64,000 bases of DNA from an uncultured candidate division Zixibacteria bacterium (GTDB taxonomy: Bacteria > Zixibacteria > MSB-5A5 > GN15 > FEB-12), in NCBI GenBank assembly GCA_963806185.1, contig CAWDXE010000007.1, positions 608,001 to 672,000 on the forward strand, written 5' to 3'. The notes under the pieces were generated by a model. The model was not told the DNA's origin. It saw only the letters and a program-made list of their open reading frames with translations, and searched no databases. Positions 28,017 through 38,361 of the stretch are shown here, one piece after another. How positions within the stretch are numbered: position 1 is the first letter of the stretch; each line of letters starts with the position of its first letter. The position numbers and the translations under genes were made by a program.

Positions 28017-30218
28017 ATGTCACTTCGAATCAACCACAACCTGGCTGCGCTCAACGCGAATCGCAATCTCAGATTGACTGAGAACATGTTGAACAATTCG
28101 ATGCAGAAGCTGTCAAGCGGCTACCGCATCAACCAGGCGTCCGACGATCCGGCCGGTCTCGTGATTTCCGAGCAATTTCGCTCGCAGATCGCCGGTTTGA
28201 ATCGTGCGGTACAGAACTCGGAAGGCAGTATCAGCATGATTCAGACGGCTGAAGGTGCCTTGACCGAAATCAACAACTTGCTGGTCTCGATGAGAGAACT
28301 GGCGATTCACGCTGCCAACGAAGGCTTTAACGATACCGATCAGTTGGCTGCCGACCAGTCTGAAATCGCCAACGCGATCAAGACGATCGACCGTATTGCG
28401 GCCAACACCCAGTTCGGTACCAAGAAGATCCTTGATGGCTCCAAAGACAACATCGCCACGATCACCAGCACCAACACTTCCAGTCTGACTGTGAAGCAGT
28501 CAAACCTGAAGACCGGTCTGCATTCAGTGACCGCCACGAAGACTGCCGATCCGACGGCGACGCTCAACACGACGTCATTGGGTCTCAGCCTGGCCAACAC
28601 TGACGGTGATCCGTACAACCTCGCCGAGAAGATTCACAACGTCGACGTCGTCCAAGCGTCGAATGTTGCGAAGAAGACGTCCGGTCAGATCACGCTGGCC
28701 GATGCCTTCGGTAACGACCTTGAACTGGCTGCTGCTGCCACCGTCGCCATAATTTCGTCAGGCGCCGTCGCGGCTGCTACCGCCGGTCAGGCTGGAACCT
28801 ACTCGGTCATCATCAACTACCAGGAGAATGGCGAATCTCCGACCGGTAACCAGACGTTGGCAATCGACGTCGTCACCGGTGACACGACCGCTACTATCGC
28901 GGCCAAGCTGCAGTCGCAGATCAACCTGAATACCGCGCTGGCGGGTAAGGTTGTGGCGACGGGAACGGCTGCTGGTGCGCTGCGTATTAAGTCCGCCAAC
29001 AAGGGCGCTCAGTACTCGATCTCGACGGCGGCTTCTTCAGCCTCCGGCCTGACCGGTACCGGCGGTACCGCGGCCGTCTTCGCAATCGGCGCGACCTCCG
29101 ATCGTGGCGCTTCTGCCAACGTGCTCGATATGACCGTTGTGACTGACAAGTGGTCCGGTGGTCGTTCGGCTCAGGCGACCGTTGCGGCTGGTACGTACAC
29201 GTCGCTCAGTGCGCTGGTCACTGCCATGAACGACGGTCTGAACAACTCGGGTGGTTCAGGCGGTTTTGGTGAAATCGTGGCCGGAGAAAATGACATCATT
29301 GCCTCCGTCGAAAACGGTAACACCATTCAGTTCTCTACCCGCGACCAGGGTTCGGATTACTCGGTCAAGTTGAACGAGCATACCGGTACCGCCGGCAAGG
29401 GTAACATCAACAACGTGTTGAAACTGACGGCTGACTCGTTGGCCAACACTGGTACGGATGCCCTGGTGAGCTTCGATAACTACACCAACAGCATCTCGAA
29501 GGTGAAATGGAACTCGACGTACAACACGACGCTGTATAATCGCGATTCGGACGACACGGCGCGCGGTTCCGCGACCTTCGTCGTTGGCAATGCCCAGACG
29601 GGCATCAACGTCGGTAACCTCCTGCTCGACGCCAAGGCGGCCAAGTTCGACGTCCGTTTGGACGGCGGCCCGGCTACCTCTGTGTCGGCTGGTGTCAACA
29701 CGACCATTTTCACAGCCGATCGTACGCAGTCGTTGATTCTCAGCTACGGCCTGACCTCTCAGGGCGGCACTGAGACCATCAATGACACCGATCAGTCGCT
29801 GGTCTTCCAGATCGGCGCCAATGTCGGTCAGATTGCCTCCATCGGCATTCGCAACATCGGTTCCTCTTCGTTGGGCAAGAATCTGCCGGGCAACTCGTTC
29901 GGTTCGCTTGCCAAGATCGACGTAACGACCGTTCAGGGTGCTCAGGATGCCCAGTCGATCGTTGACGCCGCCATTAACGAAGTGTCGACGCTGCGCGGCA
30001 CGCTGGGTAGCTTCCAGAAGAACACTCTGGAATCCAACCTGCGCAACCTGCAGATCGCGTCGCAGAATCTGACCTCTGCCGAGTCGCAGATTCGTGACAC
30101 CGATATGGCTGCGGAGATGTCAGAATTCACGAAGAACCAGATTCTGGTTCAGGCTGGTACGGCCATGCTCGCGCAGGCCAACCAGATGCCGCAAGTGGTT
30201 CTGTCGCTCTTCCAGTAA
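28017..30218 (+). CDS. fliC: Flagellin (733 aa)
   Basis: MSLRINHN..KLSSGYRINQASDDPAGL; SAESQIRDTDMA..MLAQANQMPQ. Confidence 0.98.
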   Translation: MSLRINHNLAALNANRNLRLTENMLNNSMQKLSSGYRINQASDDPAGLVISEQFRSQIAGLNRAVQNSEGSISMIQTAEGALTEINNLLVSMRELAIHAANEGFNDTDQLAADQSEIANAIKTIDRIAANTQFGTKKILDGSKDNIATITSTNTSSLTVKQSNLKTGLHSVTATKTADPTATLNTTSLGLSLANTDGDPYNLAEKIHNVDVVQASNVAKKTSGQITLADAFGNDLELAAAATVAIISSGAVAAATAGQAGTYSVIINYQENGESPTGNQTLAIDVVTGDTTATIAAKLQSQINLNTALAGKVVATGTAAGALRIKSANKGAQYSISTAASSASGLTGTGGTAAVFAIGATSDRGASANVLDMTVVTDKWSGGRSAQATVAAGTYTSLSALVTAMNDGLNNSGGSGGFGEIVAGENDIIASVENGNTIQFSTRDQGSDYSVKLNEHTGTAGKGNINNVLKLTADSLANTGTDALVSFDNYTNSISKVKWNSTYNTTLYNRDSDDTARGSATFVVGNAQTGINVGNLLLDAKAAKFDVRLDGGPATSVSAGVNTTIFTADRTQSLILSYGLTSQGGTETINDTDQSLVFQIGANVGQIASIGIRNIGSSSLGKNLPGNSFGSLAKIDVTTVQGAQDAQSIVDAAINEVSTLRGTLGSFQKNTLESNLRNLQIASQNLTSAESQIRDTDMAAEMSEFTKNQILVQAGTAMLAQANQMPQVVLSLFQ

Positions 30219-30232
30219 TCGCTCGCACGTTC

Positions 30233-30270
30233 ACGAGGGAGTCGCGTACGATCGTGACTCCCTCGTTCTT
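30233..30270 (+). terminator. Strong hairpin after flagellin
   Basis: ACGAGGGAGTCGCG-N6-CGTGACTCCCTCGT followed by TCTT. Confidence 0.75.
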
Positions 30271-30316
30271 AGAGGCCCCGATCGGCAGCAAGAAAGGTAA
30301 AAAGGATTAGGACACC

Positions 30317-32656
30317 ATGCCACTTTCAGCAATCGACGGTCTCAACTCCGGCCTCGACACCAATTCAATCATCGACGCCATGATGGCGGTCGAACGGCAA
30401 GAGGCTGTTCTCCTCGAAAATCAGCAGACTGAAAAGACCAATATCATTTCGGCCCTCAAGGCGCTCCAGGCAAAATTCCTCTCGTTGCAGAATGCGGCCA
30501 ACACGCTGAGCCGTCGAGCTACATTTCAGAGCTCCACCCTTGACGTCAGCGACTCCGACATCCTGACCGCCAGCGCACCCGGTCGTGTTCCGGCCGGCTC
30601 GTATGATATCCAGGTGCTTTCGCTGGCCCGCAACCACCAGCTCGCCAGCCAGGGGTTCAACGATCAGGCGGCCGCCTCCACCGGTACCGGAACGATTACG
30701 CTCTCCGTGGGGAATGCGGCGGCCAAAACGATTACCATCGATGGTACCAACAACTCACTCACCGGCATCAAGAAAGTCATCAATGACGCCAAGCTGGGCG
30801 TCACGGCTACCATAGTGAGTGACGGGTCCAAGCAAGGGTCGTATCGTCTGGTGTTGACCGCCAACAGCTCAGGCCTTGCCAATACGATAAAGATTTCGTC
30901 GAACTTGAGCGGCGGCACCAATCTCAACTACACCACGCCGACGTTCGACACTCCGGAATTCCTCAGCAAGAGCGGAAGTACAACGACGCAAGTGTCGCTC
31001 GGAAGTTCCGCCAGCTTCTCCGGCAAAGCCAACAAGATTTACACCTTCACGGTGCAGGGGACCGGTACCAAGACGGTGGGAACGGACAATATCACGGTGA
31101 ACTGGTCCGACGGAACGAACAGCGGCTCGATTGTGGTGAGTCAGGCCGATCAGGAGATATCGTTGGTCGGCGACGGCGCTGACGGTCTCAAGCTTCAGCT
31201 TTCCAGTGGAAAGCTGGAGGGGGGCGACATTTTCCAGGTGAACACCTTTGCTCCGGTACTTCAGGAAGCGAGTGATGCCCGAATCAGCGTCGGTTCTATC
31301 GGCGGCGCGGGCTCGCCTATCGTGGTGTCGTCAAGCTCCAATACCATAAGCGATGTCATCGCGGGAGTAAAGCTGGACCTGAAGAAGGTCACTGACCCCG
31401 GCGCAACCGTGACCGTCTCGGCCGCTTTGGACACTGAAACGATCAAAAACAATATTTCGACCTTCATCGACGCTTACAATGCAGTCAATAAGTACATTGA
31501 CGATCAGAATAAATACAGCTCAGACACCAAGGAATCAGGCGTGTTGTTCGGTGAATCGGCCGTCCAGACGGCGCAGTCGACGCTGCGCTCCGCACTGGGA
31601 TCAGTGGTAAAAGGCCTGACGTCCAAGTACAATCAGCTTGGGGCAATTGGTATTCGAACAAGTTCCAGCGGTTCGTTGTATATCTCCGACTCCGGTCGCC
31701 TGGAGAAGGCGCTCAGCGAAGATTTGGACGGGGTAATCAATCTCTTCAGCGACTCCGGCGACGCGACCTCGTCGCTTATCGAGTTCGTATCCGCTTCGGA
31801 GAAGACAAAGATGGGAGCCGAGTACGCGGTGGACATAACTCGAGCCGCCACTAAAGGCGAATTTATCGGCACGGGCATTACCAGTCCCGCGTCGACCGCT
31901 CTCACGCTAACGTCCACCAACAACCATTTGAAACTGCTCGTCAACGGCACGCAGTCAAACGATATCGTCCTGACCGCCAAGACCTACACGACGCCCCAGG
32001 AATTGATCGCCGAGATACAGGCGCAGATTGATGCCGACGAGAAGATTGGTACGCGCGGCCTGACGGTGGAATGGATCGACTCCGGGGCTACCACAGGGTA
32101 CATTCATTTCAGTGATTCCGTGTACGGCAGCCAATCGTCGGTGAAAATTGTGTCAGGTGCCTCGAGTTCAGCATACGCCGCCCTTGGTCTGACCTCGGGT
32201 CTGAGCGTTGCCGGAGTTGATGTGGCGGGCACAATCAATGGCGAGACGGCCACCGGCTCGGGGCAGTATCTCACCGGCAAGTCCGGGAACAAGACGACCG
32301 ACGGGCTCAAGCTGAAAGTGACTGTCGGCAAGACTCAAGTCAGCCCCGAATCCGAAGGATCCGTGACGGTCACGCAAGGTGTGGCTGCGCGCATCAGCAA
32401 AGTAGTCGATTCCCTTTCCAAGACGGGGAATGGCCTTCTTGATCTTCGCATACAGTCATATCAGAAGCAGATTGATCAATTGAAAAATCGGGTAACTGAG
32501 TTTGACGCTCTCCTGGCCAAGCGCCGTGAGACGTTGTCGCAAAAGTTCATCGCGATGGAAACGGCTGTCGGCAGCCTCCAGAGCACAGCCAGTTGGCTGA
32601 CTTCGCAGATTAGCAGTCTCAATGGAAATTGGAGTTTCAATTCTTCTAAGAATTAG
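30317..32656 (+). CDS. fliD: Flagellar filament cap FliD (779 aa)
   Basis: GLNSGLDTNSIIDAMMAVE, SSSNTISDVIAGV, FIDAYN, KFIAME. Confidence 0.94.
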   Translation: MPLSAIDGLNSGLDTNSIIDAMMAVERQEAVLLENQQTEKTNIISALKALQAKFLSLQNAANTLSRRATFQSSTLDVSDSDILTASAPGRVPAGSYDIQVLSLARNHQLASQGFNDQAAASTGTGTITLSVGNAAAKTITIDGTNNSLTGIKKVINDAKLGVTATIVSDGSKQGSYRLVLTANSSGLANTIKISSNLSGGTNLNYTTPTFDTPEFLSKSGSTTTQVSLGSSASFSGKANKIYTFTVQGTGTKTVGTDNITVNWSDGTNSGSIVVSQADQEISLVGDGADGLKLQLSSGKLEGGDIFQVNTFAPVLQEASDARISVGSIGGAGSPIVVSSSSNTISDVIAGVKLDLKKVTDPGATVTVSAALDTETIKNNISTFIDAYNAVNKYIDDQNKYSSDTKESGVLFGESAVQTAQSTLRSALGSVVKGLTSKYNQLGAIGIRTSSSGSLYISDSGRLEKALSEDLDGVINLFSDSGDATSSLIEFVSASEKTKMGAEYAVDITRAATKGEFIGTGITSPASTALTLTSTNNHLKLLVNGTQSNDIVLTAKTYTTPQELIAEIQAQIDADEKIGTRGLTVEWIDSGATTGYIHFSDSVYGSQSSVKIVSGASSSAYAALGLTSGLSVAGVDVAGTINGETATGSGQYLTGKSGNKTTDGLKLKVTVGKTQVSPESEGSVTVTQGVAARISKVVDSLSKTGNGLLDLRIQSYQKQIDQLKNRVTEFDALLAKRRETLSQKFIAMETAVGSLQSTASWLTSQISSLNGNWSFNSSKN

Positions 32657-32661
32657 GATAC

Positions 32662-33087
32662 TTGATGAATAAGTCCGCCACCGCATATCGTACCAGCGCC
32701 ACACTCGGCAAGTCGCCGATTGATCTCATCCTGACCGTATATGACGGAACCATCAAGGCCTTCGGCGAAGCCGACGCGGCCTATTCTGCGCATGATCTGG
32801 CCAGGGGGCGTGAGGCCCTGGAGCAGGCCAAGAAGTGCCTTACCCATTTGTATACCACGCTCGATTTTGATCAGGGTGGCGAGATCGCCGGCAATCTGGC
32901 CAAATTGTACGTGTTCCTGCTCAATCAGACCGAACTGGCCTTGGCGACCAAGGACCTGAAGATCATCAGGGACAATGCGCAACTACTCAGGACTGTTCGC
33001 GAAGGATGGTCTGGGGTGAAGCAGCAACAAGCCGGCCAGGCGCCGGCAACAACGACAAAATCACAACCGATCACCGTGTCGGCCTGA
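32662..33087 (+). CDS. fliS: Flagellin chaperone FliS
   Basis: SPIDLILTVYDG, LDFDQGGEIAGNLAKLY, REGW. Confidence 0.93.
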   Translation: MMNKSATAYRTSATLGKSPIDLILTVYDGTIKAFGEADAAYSAHDLARGREALEQAKKCLTHLYTTLDFDQGGEIAGNLAKLYVFLLNQTELALATKDLKIIRDNAQLLRTVREGWSGVKQQQAGQAPATTTKSQPITVSA

Positions 33088-33097
33088 AGGTGCAACG

Positions 33098-33550
33098 ATG
33101 ACCAATCCCATTTCCCCAGCTCTGGAACGTGAATTGATTTCTGTCTTGCGCGAGGAATATTCGTTCTACCAATCGCTGTATATCCTGCTCGACAAGCAAC
33201 GAGATCTGCTCAAATACGAGAAAGATGATCATCTTTTGGATGTGTACGCCGAAATCGAACGTTGCCAGTTGCGCATCCAGGAATCAGAGAATCGTGTTGC
33301 GCAGATTCGTCAGAGACATCCGCAGCAATTCGATCTGGCGGCCATGAATCCCGAGATTAAAAAACTCGTGAACAGCATTGTGACTCTGGTCAAAAAGAAT
33401 ATCGACATCATCTCGGAGAATGACGGCGTGGTTCGCGACCGTCACGCAAAGCTGCAACTCGAGCTGAACGAGCTACGCGGTTCGAGCAAAGTGCTGCAGT
33501 ATCTGGCCGTGGAGCATCGAACAGCACAGTTTATTGACGGTAAGCGGTGA
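33098..33550 (+). CDS. Helical FlgN/FliT-like chaperone candidate
   Basis: LREEYSFYQSLYILLDKQRDLL; C-terminal FIDGKR resembles flgN's LIDGRA; follows fliS. Confidence 0.6.
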   Translation: MTNPISPALERELISVLREEYSFYQSLYILLDKQRDLLKYEKDDHLLDVYAEIERCQLRIQESENRVAQIRQRHPQQFDLAAMNPEIKKLVNSIVTLVKKNIDIISENDGVVRDRHAKLQLELNELRGSSKVLQYLAVEHRTAQFIDGKR

Positions 33551-33556
33551 CAGGCC

Positions 33557-33584
33557 TAATTAGAAGCGCCGAGTCAGCCGACAA
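33557..33584 (+). promoter_or_regulatory. Putative sigma28 promoter
   Basis: TAAT-N16-GCCGACAA. Confidence 0.65.
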
Positions 33585-33621
33585 GACATATATAGCGAGT
33601 ACACCAACATAGGATAGGTAG

Positions 33622-33942
33622 GTGGAAGAAAGTATGAACATGGGACCCGTTCGTAACCGGTCTCGTTCCTCGGATGAGCCGGACTCAAACCGGCACCGCG
33701 GGCGCCAGGCCGATGTAGTGGGAACTGCGGAAAACGGGGCAAACCAGTCCGGTGATCTTCACGCCCGGCTGGCTGAAATGGCCGATCAAGTCTTGCGCGA
33801 ATCTCCCGACGCCGACACCTCGTCACTGGTGCGAAAGACAAGGTTGAACGAAGTTCGCAGCAAGATCGCCAGCGGCTATTACAGTCGCCCCGAGCTGAAG
33901 CAGGCCATTGCCGAGAAATTGTTTGACTCACTGGACCTTTGA
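33622..33942 (+). CDS. FlgM-like anti-sigma28 factor
   Basis: Disordered N-terminus; RLNEVRSKIASGYY..AIAEKL resembles the FlgM C-terminus; start may be ATG 33634. Confidence 0.6.
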   Translation: MEESMNMGPVRNRSRSSDEPDSNRHRGRQADVVGTAENGANQSGDLHARLAEMADQVLRESPDADTSSLVRKTRLNEVRSKIASGYYSRPELKQAIAEKLFDSLDL

Positions 33943-33966
33943 GGACGAACCCATTCGGACTGTGAT

Positions 33967-34848
33967 ATGACAACAGTAACCGTCGACAACAAGGTGAAGC
34001 AGGTCATTTCCAATATTCGGAACCTGCCGACGCCGCCGATCGTATTTCACCAGATCCAGAAGGTTATCAAAGACCCGAAAGTTAACGCCGGTCACATCGC
34101 GGCCATTCTGGCTGAGGACCCGGCCATGTCGGTCAAGGTGCTCAAGCTGACCAACTCTGCATTTTACGGACTTTCACGCGAGGTTGAATCGGTCAAGCAG
34201 GCAGTCGTCATCGTCGGCCTTGAGGCGATCAAGAATCTCGTCCTTTCAGCGTCGGTGCTGGATATGTTCAAGGGCAAAGTGGATCCTGAATTTCAGGAGA
34301 AATACTGGCGTCATTCCCTGGCGGTGGCCTTCTGTAGTCGCCTGCTGGCCAACAAGTGCAAGGCGAAAGGGATTGTTGACCCGGACTCGGCCTTCTCGGG
34401 TGGACTGCTGCACGACATCGGCAAAGTTGTGATTGGTTGCTTCATGCCGGAGGAGTTTAAGAAATACGCCGCCGCCCGGGTTGAAGACAAGGAATCGATG
34501 AGCCACAAGCTTGAAGAGCGTGTGCTTGGTTATGACCACGCACAGGTCGGAGCCGGGTTGGCTGTTCACTGGAAATTGCCGCACACGGTGGTCGATGCCG
34601 TCACGTACCATCACTACCCCGAAGCTTGTGCGGAGGGTGATCCGATTGTTCACATCGTTCACGTTGCCAATTACATTGCCAAGAAGACCTTCTACGAGCC
34701 GGAAGAAGCTCATTTGATCGGCAAAGTTCACCCGTCGTCACTTGAAGAGCTGGGCCAGTCGATCGAGCACCTTGATCATTTTGGCGATCTCCTGCGAGAA
34801 GAGTACGTCAAGGCCGAGACCTTTATGCAACTGGCCGGTCTGCACTGA
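33967..34848 (+). CDS. HDOD domain protein
   Basis: [44 protein letters not shown]. Confidence 0.93.
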   Translation: MTTVTVDNKVKQVISNIRNLPTPPIVFHQIQKVIKDPKVNAGHIAAILAEDPAMSVKVLKLTNSAFYGLSREVESVKQAVVIVGLEAIKNLVLSASVLDMFKGKVDPEFQEKYWRHSLAVAFCSRLLANKCKAKGIVDPDSAFSGGLLHDIGKVVIGCFMPEEFKKYAAARVEDKESMSHKLEERVLGYDHAQVGAGLAVHWKLPHTVVDAVTYHHYPEACAEGDPIVHIVHVANYIAKKTFYEPEEAHLIGKVHPSSLEELGQSIEHLDHFGDLLREEYVKAETFMQLAGLH

Positions 34849-34921
34849 CGCGAGCTTCCGACGATCCGTTAACTCATTCACCGGCAAGGGGATTAGTCCT
34901 CTGTTCGCCGGAAAATACCTA

Positions 34922-34950
34922 TTGACAAGCACCAGCTCGAAGTATATACT
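34922..34950 (+). promoter_or_regulatory. Sigma70 promoter for tRNA-Val/thrS
   Basis: TTGACA-N17-TATACT. Confidence 0.8.
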
Positions 34951-34996
34951 TTGGGCTACCCTGCGCTTCCAAAAGATGCGTAAGCTGTGTGATTTT

Positions 34997-35070
34997 GGGC
35001 GATTAGCTCAGATGGTTAGAGTACTTGCTTGACATGCAAGGGGTCAGTGGTTCAATTCCAGTATCGCCCA
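34997..35070 (+). tRNA. tRNA-Val(GAC)
   Basis: Acceptor GGGCGAT/ATCGCCC, anticodon arm CTTGC-TTGACAT-GCAAG, GGTTCAATTCC; CCA not encoded. Confidence 0.95.
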
Positions 35071-35152
35071 TATTTGATGTGCGGGATGCCTTCTGACGCC
35101 AGCGTGGACCGGCACCCCGCGTTTATTATTAGTTGGCGAAGTTGTAGTGACG

Positions 35153-37097
35153 ATGGCACAAGTACAGATAAAATTCCCCGATGGCTCGACTCGCGACTAT
35201 GCACCCGGTACCACTGGGCGGCAAATCGCCGAATCGATATCGCCACGTCTGGCCAAGGAGGCTATTGCGGTCAAGGTTGATGGCGTGGTGCGCGATTTGA
35301 ACTATCCCATCCCGGAAGATGCGCCAGTCGAGATTCTGACTTTCGATAAACCGGAAGGCCGTCAGGTTTTCTGGCACTCGAGTTCACATATTATGGCTCA
35401 GGCGGTGCAGGAGCTGTTTCCCGGAGTCAAACTGGCTATCGGACCGCCGATCGATGAGGGGTGGTACTACGATTTCGAGGTCGACAAACCGTTTTCGCCC
35501 GAGGATCTGGCCAAGATAGAGAAGCGCATGGCCGAGATTGTCGCTGAGGATGCGCCATTCCGCTGTGAAGTGAAGAAACGCGCCGAAGCGATCAACTACT
35601 ATCAGGGAGAAGAGCGCGAACTACAAGGTCGAGATTCTGGAGGCTCTGCCTCCGGAGACCGAAACGGTGACGTTTTATTATCAGTCCGGTTTCGAGGATC
35701 TGTGCCGCGGCCCGCATATTCCGCGGACCGGAATTGTCAAGGCGTTCAAGCTGACCGCCACCTCCGGCGCATACTGGCGCGGCGATGAGAAGCGTCAGAT
35801 GCTGCAGCGCATTTACGGGGTTTCGTTTCCGAAGAAGGCAATGCTCGACGAGTATCTCGTCCGTATGGAGGAGGCCAAGAAGCGCGACCATCGGGTGCTG
35901 GGCAAGCAGCTGGAATTATTCCACACCAGCGAAGAGGTCGGGGCGGGGCTGATTCTCTGGCTGCCGAAAGGAGCGCGGGTCCGTCACGAGATGGAGAATT
36001 TCTGGCGGCAGGAGCATCTTGACTACGGTTACGAAATCGTCTATTCGCCTCACATCGCCAATCGCGAATTGTGGAATCGCTCCGGCCACACCGATTTTTA
36101 CGCCGAGAGCATGTTCGGCCCGATGGAGGTTGAAGAACGGCTCTTCCAGCTCAAGCCGATGAACTGCCCGTTCCATATCGCCATGTACAACGCGCGGATG
36201 TGGTCGTATCGTGATTTACCGCTGCGCTGGGCGGAACTGGGAACAGTGTATCGGTTTGAGCGAGCCGGGACATTGCACGGCCTCATGCGCGTGCGCGGCT
36301 TCACTCAGGACGATGCCCATCATTTTGTGGCCCAGGACCAGATGGAAGACGAACTGGTCTGGCTGCTCAACTTCTGCCTGCATATCCTGCGGTCGTTTGG
36401 ATTTTCGAATTTCGACGTGTACTTGTCGACCCGCCCGCAGAAAGCGATCGGGGATCCGGCCGACTGGGTACGGGCGGAGAACGGCCTCCGCAAGGCGCTG
36501 GAGACGACTAAGTTGACGTATCAGGTTGATGAAGGCGGCGGCGCGTTTTACGGCCCCAAGATAGACATCAAGATTACTGACGCCATCGGGCGAGCCTGGC
36601 AGTGTTCGACCATTCAGTTCGATTTCAATTTGCCGGAACGGTTTGATTTGAAGTATGTTGATCGGGATGGCCAGCACAAACGGCCGTATATGATTCACCG
36701 GGCGCTGCTCGGGTCGATCGAGCGGTTCTTCGGCGTGCTGATCGAGCATTATGCCGGCAATTTCCCGCTCTGGCTGGCGCCGGTGCAGATAAAGCTGTTG
36801 CCGATTACGGATGACGCCAACGCGTATGCACGCCAGGTAGTGGACGAACTGAAGAAGCAGGGGATTCGGGCGGTGCTGGATGATCGCTCGGAGAAGATCG
36901 GCGCCAAGATCCGCGACGCAGAGATGTTGAAGGTGCCATATATGGGGATAGTGGGAGCACGAGAGGCGCAAGGTGGCGCGGTCGCGCTTCGCAAACATAG
37001 TGTTGGGGACCTCGGCGCAAGACCGATAGCCGAAGTGGTCGCCCTGTTGAAAGAAGAGATCGCCTCCAAGGGATTGGCGGCGGCGGACAAACGGTAA
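35153..37097 (+). CDS. thrS: Threonine--tRNA ligase (frameshift ~35606)
   Basis: TGS domain, WHSSSH, DLCRGPH, RDHRVLG, KPMNCP, RVRGFTQDDAH, AFYGPKID. Confidence 0.96.
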
Positions 37098-37116
37098 TTG
37101 TACCGAGGAGGCTTGC

Positions 37117-37740
37117 ATCAGCACCAAAGATGTGCGGATTAATCACCGCATTCGCGTCTCTCCGATTCGCCTGATTGGACCGGACGGAGAACAGATTGGC
37201 ATTTTGCCGACCGGGGAAGCGCTCGACCGGGCGCGAGAATTGGCGCTCGATCTGGTGGAAATTTCACCCACCGCTCGGCCGCCGGTCTGCCGCATCATGG
37301 ATTTTGGAAAGTACAAGTACGAGCTTTCCAAAAAAGACAAGATCGCCAAGAAGAAACAGCACACCTTCCAGGTGAAGGAGATGCGCTATCGGCCGAAGAT
37401 CGACGATCATGACTTCAACTTCAAGACGAAGCATGTTCGTGAGTTCCTTCAGGAAGGGAGCAAGGTGCGCGTCTATGTGATGTTTCGTGGTCGCGAAATG
37501 GCCCACATCGATTTCGGACGCAAGGTGATCGATCAGGTGCTCAAGGATTTGTCCGACATAGCCATTGTCGAATCGGCGCCGAACATGGAAGGGCACAATA
37601 TGAATGCCATCCTGGCGCCGCGACCGGATATCCTGAAAAAGCTGCACGCGCAGAAGGTGAGCCACGCGGCCAAAGAGGCCCCCAAAGAAAGGCCACACGA
37701 GGCACAGGACGAGCCGGCTGACCAGAATTTGAGTGAGTGA
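37117..37740 (+). CDS. infC: Translation initiation factor IF-3, probable ATC start
   Basis: RINHRIR, LDLVEISP..PPVCRIMDFGKYKYE; SD GAGGAGG 5 nt before the in-frame ATC at 37117. Confidence 0.95.
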   Translation: MSTKDVRINHRIRVSPIRLIGPDGEQIGILPTGEALDRARELALDLVEISPTARPPVCRIMDFGKYKYELSKKDKIAKKKQHTFQVKEMRYRPKIDDHDFNFKTKHVREFLQEGSKVRVYVMFRGREMAHIDFGRKVIDQVLKDLSDIAIVESAPNMEGHNMNAILAPRPDILKKLHAQKVSHAAKEAPKERPHEAQDEPADQNLSE

Positions 37741-37775
37741 ACAAGTAAGTAACCATACAATCAGCAGGTAAACCG

Positions 37776-37970
37776 ATGCCGAAGATGAAGTCCAAGAAGA
37801 GCGCCACCAAGCGGTTCAAAAAAACCGCCACGGGTAAGATCAAACGGCGCCATGCGTTCAAAACGCACATATTGAGCAAGATGACGCCGAAGCGAATCCG
37901 CCAGTTGCGGAAGGCCACTATGGTCTCCAAGGCCGATGAGAAGAACGTGAAGCGCATGCTGCAAGACTGA
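37776..37970 (+). CDS. rpmI: 50S ribosomal protein L35
   Basis: [23 protein letters not shown]. Confidence 0.97.
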   Translation: MPKMKSKKSATKRFKKTATGKIKRRHAFKTHILSKMTPKRIRQLRKATMVSKADEKNVKRMLQD

Positions 37971-37999
37971 CGAAAACGATTTGATGCAGGAGTAGAGAA

Positions 38000-38350
38000 A
38001 TGCCACGCGCAAAAAATAACGTCGCCGCGCACCGTCGACACAAGAAAGTCCTCGACCGCGCCAAGGGCGGCTTCGGCGGCCGGAGCAAACTGTACCGGAC
38101 TGCCATAGAAACCGTTCATCGCGGTTTGCGATACGGTTTCGCGGATCGGCGTCGCAAAAAACGCGAATTCCGCAGTCTGTGGATTGCCCGTATTTCGGCC
38201 GCGGCCGCCGAATGCGGCACCAATTACTCGACTTTGATCTACGGATTGAAGAAGGCCGGAGTGACGCTTGATCGCAAGATGCTCGCCGATATCGCCGCCC
38301 GCGATATGGCGACCTTCTCGAATCTCGCCGGGCTTGCCGCCGGCAAGTAG
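38000..38350 (+). CDS. rplT: 50S ribosomal protein L20
   Basis: [32 protein letters not shown]. Confidence 0.97.
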   Translation: MPRAKNNVAAHRRHKKVLDRAKGGFGGRSKLYRTAIETVHRGLRYGFADRRRKKREFRSLWIARISAAAAECGTNYSTLIYGLKKAGVTLDRKMLADIAARDMATFSNLAGLAAGK

Positions 38351-38361
38351 TTCGGTGATGT

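Noticed and set aside
35081..35130. thrS operator or T-box leader
   Set aside because: A single long hairpin with a T-rich tail, no anticodon-like loop or T-box motif; more likely a terminator or processing stem
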